A stretch of DNA of 63,738 nt, filler included, from Chiloscyllium plagiosum (Eukaryota): NCBI RefSeq assembly GCF_004010195.1. It is 4 parts of one record of this genome, joined end to end, with 100 filler letters (N's around TTAATTAATTAA, not from the genome) between each part and the next. Parts side by side here need not be neighbours in the genome. Positions count along the whole stretch, not along the records: positions 20,289 to 34,063 come from NC_057712.1; positions 34,164 to 42,973 come from NC_057712.1; 2 more parts are not named here. One strand, 5' to 3'. Made by a program: the position numbers and the translations under genes. Within the stretch, counting starts at the first letter, position 1; each line of letters starts with the position of its first letter. Below are positions 24,321 through 36,404 of the stretch, piece by piece. Under the pieces are notes generated by a model. The model worked only from the letters and a program-made list of their open reading frames with translations. It was not told the origin of the DNA and did not search any database.

Positions 24321-25998
24321 CATCTCCCATTTCTTGCTACTGTCCGTATTCCATTCTATTGCAACAGTGCTACCCTCCCCTTTCAACAAGTCACAAGTCC
24401 CTGAATATTTCGTTCCCAGCTTTGATCTCGCTGTGACCCTGTCTCTGTCACACACCTGTTAAGCGAGTGTTTGTGTTTTTAATTCATTTATTTGTACAGC
24501 CTCCTTGATCAGCATCTTCCCAACGGGGAGTGAAGGTTGGAACCGGGATGGAGATGGGGGGGGGAATAGACAGGATCCAGGAAGGAGGAGGCATTGAGGA
24601 TGGAGGAGAGAGCGAGAGGAGAATCAGGCTGGGGAATAGAGCTGGGCAGCATGGAGGGCTGAGAGGTGACCTCCTGTCTCCTTGTATCACCCACACCCGA
24701 GCCCTGGGATCTCCTCCACTTACCCTGGCTTCTGGGCCCTCTACTTATCTCAGTCTGGAGTCTCTCCCCTGATTCCACGCCTGGCATTGTAGGATCAGGC
24801 CTGGGAACTGTGCATGTGTGACCAGTGACCACACAGAGTTTCCCGCATTGGCTGGTGTCAGCAAACACTGCCGAAACGTTCAGACCTTAAAGACATAAAG
24901 GGATATAGGAAGAAAGCAGCAACATGGTAAAGGACCAGCCATGATCATACTGAATGGCTGGGCACATTGGAAGGGCTGAATGGTCTACCCTTTGTTTCTG
25001 GTAAAGCTGTTTGCACTGATGAGATGAAACATGCCACTGATGGAACTAGAGACTGCATTGTAGAGCCCAATGAAACTGTGTCCAATGTGATATCCAGAGG
25101 AAGGTGGTCTGATGTCATGGGGAAAAGAGTCAGACAGAAGCTTGGTGTTTCTTTGTGAATGCAGTGGGTTGTTTTTGACTGTGTTAGTAGAGTGATGGAA
25201 GGGGTGTGAGTTACACAAACTGAAATATATGTTATTCCTCCTTCATGTTGATACGTTGACTCTGGGGATCAATAAATCAAAACCATCAAATTCATTCACA
25301 CAAGCAAGTTTATTTCATGCCTCCACAGTCTAACCCTACACACATCACACTCATGTATTCCAGCAGGCTGGTTACTAGGATTGGCTGAGAGTCAGACAGT
25401 CAGTCCTCCCTGAATGCAGTCTCCAAGTAGCAGGCGTAGCTACCACTTCCTGAGCTATCCTTCCGGAGAGCTTGCCCTCTTCCCCGGGTGGTTCCTGTAG
25501 CCTGCATGATCAGGGGGTTCTGGGAGGTCAGTACCACTTCTGGCTCTCAGTCATTGGCCATCTGACCCCCGGCAGGTGTCACGAGTACGTCATGAGCCCC
25601 ACAATTGGTTGAACTTCCACTGTCTACGGAACCTGATTGTTTCAAAGCCTTATCTCGTTTGTTTAAGCTGCTGCCTTTCCGAAAGGCAACTAGGCATTAC
25701 CTCAGCCCTTTTAGCCACGACCTCCAAGCAGTCTGTGTCCCAGTTTGCCTCCTGGTTGTAGTTAGTAACATGTTTAGCAGTATTGCAGCTAGGCCTTGAG
25801 ATGCCACCATTTCCATGGCCCGTTTAGGGATCTGCAAAGTTCCACCTCATACATTTATTCGACATATTGTGATTTCTTTTTGATCTTTGCCCCTATAACT
25901 TGCAGGTGTGTTTCCTGTTCATTTCGGGTCAGTTGATGTGCCATTCATGTGGCTAACTTATATAGTGGTTCCTTACAGAGATTAGATTGCATACTGTA

Positions 25999-26004
25999 TT
26001 TATT
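25999..26004 (-). promoter_or_regulatory. Candidate polyadenylation signal (AATAAA) of the ENT1-like gene
   Basis: Minus-strand AATAAA at the end of an AT-rich, non-repetitive stretch about 1.36 kb downstream of the stop codon. Confidence 0.45.
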
Positions 26005-27138
26005 TTTACAGATATATATATATAGCACATAAAAATAGTCTATTAAAACAATTTGAGAGAGTTATTGCGGATATTCTGTCCTCTGACAGATCTGTCTATA
26101 TTGCCTATTTGTTGAAACACTTGGATTATAATAGTTTAATACTTTGAAAGTTGACATTAGTCCCTGCGGTACCCCCTTTGTTACAAAGGGACGAACAAGT
26201 GTTAAAATAGATGCAAAATACTGCAGATCGTGGAGATCTGAAATAAAAACGGAGATCCAGGAATGCTGAGTGGGTCTGGCCGTGTCCGTGCAGAAAGGGT
26301 CAGACCGGACTCAAAACGTTCACTGTTTCTCTCTGCGTGGATGCTGAGTTTCTCCAGCAATCTGCACAGTTATTCTGAGTAAAGTCAGTCCGGTTTGTGA
26401 GCCCACGCAACGCCTGCCCCCTGACCTGTGGGTCTTGCTGACACTGAATGCAGTGTCTGGAGGGAGGCTTTGTGCCTTGCGCTGTGCCCAGGTAGGAGCA
26501 GCAGTGGGAGGCTGGGAATGCTTACCCAGATCAGGAGGGAGGGCATCCCATTGTCACTGCCCTGCAACAGCCTTCCCTTACGCCTCACCCCTTTGCAAGG
26601 GCAATTAGGGATGGGAGAGATGTGCTGCTCTTGGCCATCCCAGAACAAAGCTCCAGTGGCTGGGTATGGAGCTGCCCTGAGGCTCTGGGCCAGTTTAAAG
26701 ACGACATTGAGGCCATACAGCACATTCAGGTGAAGGGCTGGAAATCCCCTCCCCCTGAAGTTTAGCTTGGAGCTTTCTCTGGGAAATTAAGGGGACTCAG
26801 TAACGTCCCCAGACTCCATCCCTACCCCCTCCCCTACTCTCTCAACTCCTTCGCTACCCCCCCATTCCCCCCTCCACCCCCACCCCCGACATAACCCCTG
26901 ATATTTCAAGTTGCTGCTCAGATCAAGTCTGTGTATTGAGGTGAGTTGGCAGGAGGTGGGGGGGGGGGAGGCATGGATCAAGGTCGGGGGGGGGAAATGG
27001 AATAGAGAAAGGCATCAGACAGCTCTCTGTGAGGAACTGTCTGTTGGTGATAAGTGGGGAGTGAGCGAGAAGGGGAAATGGGAGGGATAGATTGGCAGAG
27101 AGTCAATGGTGTAGCTAGGGCAGTGGGCATTGAGTCAG

Positions 27139-27175
<37 letters not shown>

Positions 27176-27365
27176 GGGAGGGAGGTGAGTGCTTACCCTC
27201 ACTCTCTCCAGCACATAACTGCGGCTTCCACCCACAGGTACACACAATGAGAAGCAGCTGACTAAAATTGACATAAAAATGGGTAATAACTCAGTAAACA
27301 ATAGGATCGGATCGTGTCGAACTCAAATTCCCACAGGCCACACTCAGATCTCCCGAGGATCTCTC

Positions 27366-27477
27366 TCAGACCAGGCCACGGAACAGAAAAGACAGACAGG
27401 CCCCAGCCGCCAGGCCCAGGGACAGGAAGAAGGCCATGATAGCTCCTGCTGTCTCTGCTTCATTCGCAAACACATTC
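27366..27477 (-). CDS. SLC29A1: Equilibrative nucleoside transporter (ENT1-like), last coding exon
   Basis: Not in the ORF track. Acceptor tttcctgacag is followed by 112 nt encoding NVFANEAETAGAIMAFFLSLGLAAGACLSFLFRGLV*. Human ENT1 ends EAETAGAIMAFFLCLGLALGAVFSFLFRAIV* (recalled). Confidence 0.9.
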
Positions 27478-27597
27478 CTGTCAGGAAAGAGGTAGAAACA
27501 TTAATCAACCCACCAGCACAGGCCTCGCGTCAAATCGCAACGATCTGCTTCCAATTTAACATCCAACCTCCAATCAAAACAGACCCTGCATGGATGG

Positions 27598-27722
27598 GTA
27601 GGTGAGGGTGAGGGATGGAGGTGAGGGTGATGTTTGAGGTGAGGGTGGGTAGGTGAGGGTGAGGGTTGACGGTGAGGGTGAGTGGGTAATTGAGGATTGA
27701 GATGAGGGTTGAGGTGAGGGGG
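27598..27722. repeat. Degenerate (GTGAGG)n repeat
   Basis: Hexamer periodicity up to the gap. Confidence 0.85.
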
Positions 27723-28639
27723 NNNNNNNNNNNNNNNNNNNNNNNNNNNNNNNNNNNNNNNNNNNNNNNNNNNNNNNNNNNNNNNNNNNNNNNNNNNNNN
27801 NNNNNNNNNNNNNNNNNNNNNNNNNNNNNNNNNNNNNNNNNNNNNNNNNNNNNNNNNNNNNNNNNNNNNNNNNNNNNNNNNNNNNNNNNNNNNNNNNNNN
27901 NNNNNNNNNNNNNNNNNNNNNNNNNNNNNNNNNNNNNNNNNNNNNNNNNNNNNNNNNNNNNNNNNNNNNNNNNNNNNNNNNNNNNNNNNNNNNNNNNNNN
28001 NNNNNNNNNNNNNNNNNNNNNNNNNNNNNNNNNNNNNNNNNNNNNNNNNNNNNNNNNNNNNNNNNNNNNNNNNNNNNNNNNNNNNNNNNNNNNNNNNNNN
28101 NNNNNNNNNNNNNNNNNNNNNNNNNNNNNNNNNNNNNNNNNNNNNNNNNNNNNNNNNNNNNNNNNNNNNNNNNNNNNNNNNNNNNNNNNNNNNNNNNNNN
28201 NNNNNNNNNNNNNNNNNNNNNNGAAAAGCAGGTAGGCAGGAAGACTTGTTGAAGGTGAAGCCTCAGAAATAATTCAGTGAGTTTTCAGATCCAAGGAAAC
28301 CGGTTTCAATCGGGGAGATATGGTTTATTATCGGAGCGAGATCTTTAAAGAATGGGGAAGCCCGGGTTAGATAATTGGGGAAGCTGGCAGAGTAACTGTA
28401 CAGCGTGGGGGTGAGAGATGGATTACGTTTGCAGGTTCTGAAGGGGTTAACGGACAGAATGAGAAGCCAGCTATCTCTCCAGCCCAAAAAAGGGAATGAA
28501 TGTCAAATGTTTATCCAGAGTCAATGGATAAATGTGTCTGTAATAAATAGATCAGGGTAGGTGAGTGGAGCATACAAATACACAGGACGAGGAACAGGAA
28601 GGTAGGGCCATGTGTTAAGAACGTGAAACATAAAGAGGG

Positions 28640-29620
28640 AAGCAATGAAAATAACAATAGGCCATTCAGCCCTTTTAGCTTGTTCTGCCTGCTCCTGATC
28701 ATCTAACTCAGGCCTCAGGTCTTGCTTTCTCTCCACACCTGAAGAAATATATTTCACTCTTTCACAGAAGTGTCCAATGTTTTGGCATCAACTGTACCCT
28801 GTGGCAGAGAATTCCTTAGGCTCATAACTCTCTGGGTGAAGACTTTCCGAAGTGGCCTAGCCAGTCTCCTTAGACTGTGCCCTGTAAGTGTCGACTCCCT
28901 GGTCATCAGGTACATCGGTTCTATGTTAACCCTATCTAGTCCTGTTAGATGTTTATAAGTTTCTTTGAGATTCTCCTCACCCCTATTCATTTAAACTGCA
29001 GTCTCTCTCCATCCATCAGCCCTGCCCTCCCAGGAATCAGTCTGGTAACCCTTCGCTGCCATCCCTCCATCACCACAACATCTTCCCTCAGATAAGGAGA
29101 CCAAACCTCTCCACAATACTCCAGGTGTGGTCTCCCCAAGACCCGGTATAATTGCAGCAAGACCTCCCTGCTCCTGTATTTCCCCACTCCCTCAGTCTGT
29201 CCAAATCCCACTGAGACATCTCTGCATGCTCCTCACAGCTCACCCTCCCACCCAGCTTCGTGCTGTCTGCAAACCTGCAGAGATTATGTTTAGTTCCCCC
29301 TCTATATTGAGAAGCCAATGGGCTGCTGAACAGTAAACAGAGGGGGAGGTCATACCCTGAGAAAAAAACCTCATACTTTCCACTCGATCCACGCCCTTTC
29401 CAATCTTATAAACTTCCACCAGCTCGCCCCCTTAACCTCCTTCATTCCAGTTAAAACAATCCCAGTCTATCCAAACGTTCTTCATCGCTAAATTCCCCTG
29501 GACCAGGTAACATCTTGGTAAATCCTTTCTGTACCCTCTCCAAAGCATCCACATCCTTCCGGTGGGGTGGTGACCAGAATGGTACACAATATTCCGAGTG
29601 TGGCCTAAAGGCCACGCTAT
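28640..29620 (-). mobile_element. Decayed CR1 3' fragments
   Basis: FADSTKLGG, RPHLEYCGEVWSPYLR, FTQRVMSLRNSLP and RPHSEYCVPFWSP. Confidence 0.85.
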
Positions 29621-30189
29621 CACCTAACTGGGTCTGAGGAATGCCCTCATGGAATGAGGGAACAGGTGATGGGTTTTCCAGAGGTTTGTCGTAACATCCC
29701 CGAACAGGCTGACTAGAAAATATCTGAAAAGCTGTTTCATGTCCAAACCCCTCGGGCCAAAACCAGAAAGCCTTGTTTGAGGCGTCTTGTGGTAGTGTCC
29801 CCACCTTTCGGCCATGTGGCCTTGGTTCAGGTCCCACCTGCTCCAGAGGGGTTATTAAAAACATCGGAAATGTTTAGAAATATCAGTGGGGAGCTAGGAA
29901 GCAGTGGGGTGTGGGTTTGATGGAGGGCAGCTAACTGATGTAAAGCTCTCCCATAAAAATGTGGGTTTGAATTCTGTTTAAGTACACCGTTGCAGTGTAC
30001 AACAGGTTTTGATGGAGGTTGTGGTTGGGTAATTCCGAACCTCAGGCTAATATCCTGAGGGCAGGGCCGACACGATATGAAATGTGGCTTTGTTGTGACC
30101 GATTACGATGACACTGACAGGCCGAGGAAGGTGGTTCATTTGCAATATTTTGAAAAGTTAGGTGTCTCATTTATCTGGCAGCCATTGGA

Positions 30190-33010
30190 GTGGGAGGGGC
30201 AGCAGCGAGGCCCAGATGCCTGATGGGATGGTCAATTTAAAGGATATAAACTTACCTCGTGTGTACGCGGAGCGCACGCTGAGCAGGAGCGGACTCGGGA
30301 CTGCTGGGCAAGTGAGGTCATATACTTGGGGGGTTGCTTTACCCGAAACACTACTCGGGTAGTGTCTCCCACCCATCCTCTCCCTTTAACCAAACAAAGA
30401 GGTGCGCCAGATTGGTAAGGTGACTAATTTTTTATTCCTTTGTAGCTTTTCAGTCGTCTCTTTGGGAATTTAGAATAGTGGGAATGGAGGTGAGGGCAGT
30501 TGAATGTTCCTCCTGCAGACTGTGGGAGGTAAGGGTCACCATTAGTGTCCCTGCTGACTACATCTGCAGGAAGTGCACCCAACTCCAACTCCTCGAAAAC
30601 CGCGTTAGGGAACTGGAGCTAGAGCTGGATGAACTTCGGATCATTCAGGAGGCAGAGGGGGTGATAGAGAGGAGTTATAGAGAGGTAGTCACACCTAAAT
30701 TACTGGATAAAGGGAGCTGGGTGACTGTCAGGAGAGGGAAAGGGAATAGACAGACAGTGCAGGGACCCCCTTTGGCTGTTCCCCTCGGTAATAAGTATCA
30801 CCGTTTTGGATACTGTTGGAGGGGACGCCTTACCAGGGGAAAGCTGTGGGGCACAGGGCTCTGGCACAGAGTCTGTCCCTGCTGTTCAGAAGGGAAGGGG
30901 GGAGAGGAGCAGAGCAGTACTCATCGGGGACTCCATAGTTAGGGGGACAGATAGGAGGTTCTGTGGGGACGAGAGAGGCTCACGGTTGGTGTGTTGCCTC
31001 CCAGGTGCCAGGGGTCGTGATGTCTCTGATCGTGTTTTCGGGATCCTTGAGGGAGAGCAGCCCCAAGGTGTGGTCCACATCGCCACCAACGATACAGGTA
31101 GGAAGAGAGATGGGGATTTAAGGCAGAAATTCAGGGAGCTAGGATGGAAGCTTAGAGCTAGGACGAACAGAGTTGTTGTCTCTGGTTTGCTGCCCGTGCC
31201 ACGTGTTAGTGAGGCAAGGAATAGGGAGAGAGAGGAGTTGAACACGTGGCTACAGGGATGGTGCAGGAGGGAGGGTTTTGGATTCTTGGATAATTGGGGG
31301 TCTTTCTGGGGTAGGTGGGACCTCTACAAGCAGGATGGTCTTCATCTGAATCAGAGGGGTACCAATAGCCTGGGGGGGGGGATTCGCTCAGGCTCTTCGG
31401 GAGGGTTTAAGCTAATTCAGGCAGGGGGATGGGAATCTAAATCATAGTTCCCCAGTATATGGGAGGTTGAGAACAGTGAGGTCAGAGAGAAGGTTGTAAG
31501 AGGGCACCGGCAGTGCTGTCGCGGAGAATCCTGAGATCCAGGCGGCTAGACTCGGTGGGATTGAGGTTCACAGGGAGGAGGTGTTAGCAAGGCTGGAAAA
31601 CGTGAAATAGATAAGTCCCCTGGGCCGGATGGGATTTATCCTAGGATCCTCTGGGAAGCCAGGGAGGAGATTGCCGAGCCTTTGGCATTGATCTTTAAAT
31701 CGTCATTGTCTACAGGAATAGTGCCTGAAGACTGGAGGATAGCAAATGTGGTTCCCCTGTTCAAGAAGGGGAGTAGAGACAATTCAGGTAATTATAGACA
31801 TGTGAGCCTTACTTCACTTGTGGGTAAAGTGTTGGAAAAGGTTATAAGAGATAGGATTTATAATCATCTAGAAAAGAATAATTTGATTAGGGATAGTCAG
31901 CACGGTTTTGTGAAGGGTAGGTCGTGCCTCACAAACCTTATTGAGTTCTTTGAGAAGGTGACCAAACAGGTAGATGAGAGTAAACCGGTTGATGTGGTGT
32001 ATATGGATTTCGATAAGGCGTTCGAAAAGGTTCCCCACAGTAGGCTATTGTACAAAATACAGAGGCATGGGATTGAGGGTGATTTAGTGGTTTGGATCAG
32101 ACATTGGCGAGTTGAAAGAAGACAGAGGATGGTGGTTGATGGGAAATGTTCATCCTGGAGCTCAGTTACCAGTGGTGTACCGCAAGGGTCTGTTTTGGGT
32201 CACTTTATAAATAACCTGGATCAGGGCATAGAAGGATGGGTTAGTAAATTTGTGGATGATTATAAATCTAGAGGAATTATAATCATCTAGAAAAGAATAA
32301 TTTGATTCGTGATAGTCAACATGGTTTTGTGAAGGGTAGGTCATGCCTCACAAACCTTATTGAGTTCTTTGAGAAAGTGACCAAACAGGTGGATGAGGGT
32401 AAACTGGTTGATGTGGTGTATATGGGTTTCAGCAAGGTGTTTGGTAAGGGACAAGTGTGAGGTGATTCACTTTGGAAGGAGAAACAGGAATACAGAGTAC
32501 TGGGCTAATGGTATGATTCTTGGCAGTGTAGATGAGCAGAGAGATCTTGGTGTCCAGGTACATAGATCCCTGAAAGTTGCCACCCAGGTTAATAGGGTTG
32601 TTAAGAAGGCATATAGTGCATTAGCTTTTATTGGGAGAGGGATTGAGTTTCGGAGCCACGAGGTCATGCTACAGCTGTACAAAACTCTGGTGTGGCCGCC
32701 CTTGGAGTATTGTGTACAGTCCTGGTCACCGCATTATAGGAAGGATGTGGAAGCTTAGGAAAGGTTCCAGAGGAGATTTACTGGGATGTTGCCTGGTATG
32801 GAGGGAAGGTCTTACGAGGAAAGGCTGAGGGACCTGAGGCTGTTTTCGTTAGAGAGAAGAAGGTTGAGAGGTGACTTAATAAGACATTTAAGATAATGGA
32901 AGGGTTAGCTAGGGTAATGGGGAAAAGACTGGGAATGGAATTGCGAATTATCAGGTCAGCTGTGAGCTCCAGAGCAGGCTGGATGAGCTAAATGGTCACT
33001 TCTGCTCCTA
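30190..33010 (+). mobile_element. CR1 LINE with 5' UTR, near-intact ORF1 and internally deleted ORF2
   Basis: ORF1 (30478-31447, frameshift near 30800) has a CxxC...CxxC finger, a coiled coil (LQLLENRVRELELELDELR) and an esterase (LIGDSIVRG...DGLHLN). The endonuclease is missing. RT motifs span 31682-32900. Confidence 0.92.
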
Positions 33011-34163
33011 TATCTTATGGGCTTGTAATTATGGTTAATTTTGGTGAAAAGAAAGGTCCACTTGGTTCAGTAGTGTCCTTTAGGGAAGGAAATCTGCCAA
33101 TCCTTAGCTGGTCTGTGATGTGGCTGACTCGGAACTGTCCTCTGGTCAAACACCGGTGCAAAATGTTTGTTTAGTATCTGCCGTGTCTCGTGCAGAAGCA
33201 CTCGCTGCAGAATTCCCAGTCTCAGACTTGCTGCTGTTGCCAGGCATTTTTTTTGGGGGGGGTCAATTAGGGATGGGTGATAAATCCCAGTGACTCCTAC
33301 ATCCCACGCACAAATATTTTGAAAATGTTGCTCTTGGCCTCCAGCTCAGTTACCCTTGTTCCCTGAGAGACCAGAATCTCTGTGTGCCAGTGTTAAATAC
33401 ATTCACCGATGAACTGCTCACAGCTTACGAGGCACTGTGAAGCTTTGGAATTCTCCGCACCACAGCCCTGGGAATTGTCACGGTTGAATACATTAAAGAC
33501 TGAGATTGGGAGACTTTTGGAATAGGGGAAGCAACTGAAGTTGATTTTTATCACTCCACCTCGTATCCATGTCTTCAGCTCTCTTGACCCTAAACTCTGG
33601 AATTTGCTTCCCAAATATTTCCATCTCTGCAGCTCCCTCCCCTCTGCGTGTGTGTGAAATGTTCTCTGACTGAGGCTTGGCAGCGACCACAGGATCACTC
33701 TCAGCTTGTCCTACACAAAGGGTCAGGGAGGTGGATTTCTCTTCGTTACCCCCAGCAACAGCCTCTGTAGCTTCATGAACAACAATAAAACCTCCAATAG
33801 ACACATTCAACGCAGCGTTTTGTTTGGTGGGATCAGATTCTCGCACAGAGAATCCCACAGAGCCAGAGTGCTGAGCCTGACACTCTAACCAGCTCTGTAC
33901 ACGTTGTAGAGACGAAGACCCTGGAAAGTGGACCACTCCATCAAACATGGCCTTAACACTTCCCGAGCACGAGGCAAGCTGTAGCAACCGGAGAGGGAGA
34001 GAGAGGTGGTGCGGGGGAAAGAGAGAGGGAGAGAGAGAGAGGGGGAGAGAGAGAGGGGGAGAGNNNNNNNNNNNNNNNNNNNNNNNNNNNNNNNNNNNNN
34101 NNNNNNNTTAATTAATTAANNNNNNNNNNNNNNNNNNNNNNNNNNNNNNNNNNNNNNNNNNNN

Positions 34164-34380
34164 CTCAGTCCCATTCCCCCGGACCCTCTCTCTCTGAATG
34201 AGCTCCCTCTCAGTCCCATTCCCCCGGACCCTCTCTCTCTGAATGAGCTCTCCCTCAGTCTCATTCCCCCGGACCCTCTCCCTCAGTCCCATTCCCCCGG
34301 ACCCTCTCTCTCTGAATGAGCTCCCTCTCAGTCCCATTCCCCCGGACCCTCTCTCTCTGAATGAGCTCTCTCTCAGTCCC
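34164..34380. repeat. ~45-bp pyrimidine-rich minisatellite
   Basis: Tandem CTCAGTCCCATTCCCCCGGACCCTCTCTCTCTGAATGAGCTCCCT; an inverted partial copy lies near 34795-34865. Confidence 0.9.
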
Positions 34381-34636
34381 AAGGAAGTGGCATTGGTTAG
34401 ATTCACTTTTACAGACAGGCCTGCGTTTCACCAGTCTCTGACCGAAGGGATTGTGGGGAGATCGACCAGATGTTGTAGGGGCAGCTGTGGTAACACTCTC
34501 TCCTTGTGGTCTCAACAGGAAGTGAAATCGATGACCCTGTCTCACTCCCACAAGGAGACAGCCCTCGCTCACCCCCGGTTTTGGGGTGAGCCCAGGGATG
34601 TGGAGAGTGATGCTGGTTAACAGAGCAGACACTTAC

Positions 34637-34722
34637 CCACATGCAGACAGCTGTCAGACTGCGGCCCATCCAGTCAAACACATTGAACAGCAAGAAGCAG
34701 CAGATTGGGATGAAGTAAGTTC
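34637..34722 (-). CDS. SLC29A1: ENT1-like transporter, internal exon
   Basis: An 86-nt exon, ctccacag|...TGG|gtaagt, encoding TYFIPICCFLLFNVFDWMGRSLTAVCMW. Human ENT1 has YFIPVSCFLTFNIFDWLGRSLTAVFMW (recalled). Confidence 0.92.
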
Positions 34723-35387
34723 CTGTGGAGACAAACGTGCACGTTAGCATCGATCCTGAAACATCCCCCTGCTTCCGAAGAAAACCCCAGCCCCCTGGGT
34801 CCAGGGGAAGGGGACTGAGAGAGAGAGCTCATTCAGAGAGAGAGAGAGAAAGAGAGAGGGTCCAGGGTAACAACGCAACACACAGCAATATGAGAGACTG
34901 GCACTACCACACTCTGAAGGCCTCGGATGCAGAGGAATTTAAGTGTGTACAAGAACATGTTTTTATTCCGTATGTGGCTGCACCGACCAGAGAAGGTACA
35001 AAACCTGACCTTCTCTGGGGACGTAAGGCAGAGCAAGTGAGTGAGGTGTCAATCAGGGAGCACTTTGGGGCCAGTGACTATAATTCTAATAGTTTCAAAA
35101 TACAACATAGAACTATACAGCACTGGAAGAGGCCCTTCAGCCCACGATGTTGTGCACACCATAATGCCAAATTAAATTACTTCTTCCTGCTAACCCTTGA
35201 TCCATATCCCTCCATTCCTTGCATACTGGAGTGCTTATTTAAAAGCCCCTTAAACGCCCTCATTGTACCTGCCTCCATCAGCACCCCCCTGCAGTGTGTA
35301 ACACACTCCCACCACTCTCTGTGTCAAAAAACCTACCCCTCAGGTCTCCTTTCAACTTCCATTCTCTCGCCTTAAATGCACACCCTA

Positions 35388-35665
35388 CGGGTGGCACAGT
35401 GGTTAGCACTGCTGCCTCACAGCGCCTGAGACCCGGGTTCAATTCCCACCTCAGGCAACTGTCTGTGTGGAGTTTGCACGTTCTCCCCGTGTCTGCGTGG
35501 GTTTCCTCCGGGTGCTCCGGTTTCCTCCCACAGTCACAAAGATGTGCAGGTCAGGTGAATTGGCCATGCTAAATCGCCCATAGTGTTAGGTAAGCGGGTC
35601 GGTGTGCACTTGTAGGGCCGAAGGGCCTGTTTCCACACTGTAAGTAATCTAATCTAATCTAATCT
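35388..35665 (+). mobile_element. HE1-type V-SINE
   Basis: tRNA head, V-core and (TAATC)n tail. Confidence 0.92.
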
Positions 35666-35857
35666 ACTAGAATCAGGCAAATCAACTCTGGGGCGACGTT
35701 ATGGAAAAGGAGAGGCCTGACCTAAAAGTTACAGATCGAAATTGAGATACTCGGAATGCTGGATGACGAGGGAAATTGAGGATCTGCTCGAGGGAAACGG
35801 AGGAGCCATAAGGCAGGGGGACACAACTGGAATGGAGGGAATCACTCGAGGGGTATA

Positions 35858-36378
35858 ACGGCCGTCCCTCCAACACCCACACGGCCGTCCCTTCAACACC
35901 CACACGGCCGTCACTCCGACACCCACACGGCCGTCCCTTCGACACCGACACGGCCGTCCCTTCAACACCCACACGGCCGTCCCTTCAACACCGACACAGC
36001 CGTCCCTTCAACACCGACACGGCCGTCCCTTCAACACCCACACGGCCGTCCCTCCAACACCGACACAGCCGTCCCTTCGACACCGACACGGCCGTCCCTT
36101 CAACACCCACACGGCCGTCCCTCCAACACCGACACAGCCGTCCCTTCGACACCGACACGGCCGTCCCTTCAACACCCACACGGCCGTCCCTTCAACACCA
36201 ACACGGCCGTCCCTTCAACACCCACACGGCCGTCCCTTCAACACCGACACGGCCGTCCCTTCAACACCCACACGGCCGTCCCTCCAACACCGACACGGCC
36301 GTCCCTTCAACACCCACACGGCCGTCACTCCGACACCCACACGGCCGTCCCTTCAACACCCACACGGCCGTCCCTCCG
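35858..36378. repeat. 23-bp minisatellite (ACACGGCCGTCCCTTCAACACCS)
   Basis: More than 20 tandem copies. Confidence 0.95.
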
Positions 36379-36404
36379 ACTGTGCAGTACCTCGTCCAAG
36401 ACCT

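Noticed and set aside
27598..27722. Interstitial telomere
   Set aside because: The units are TGAGGG-like and degenerate, not TTAGGG.
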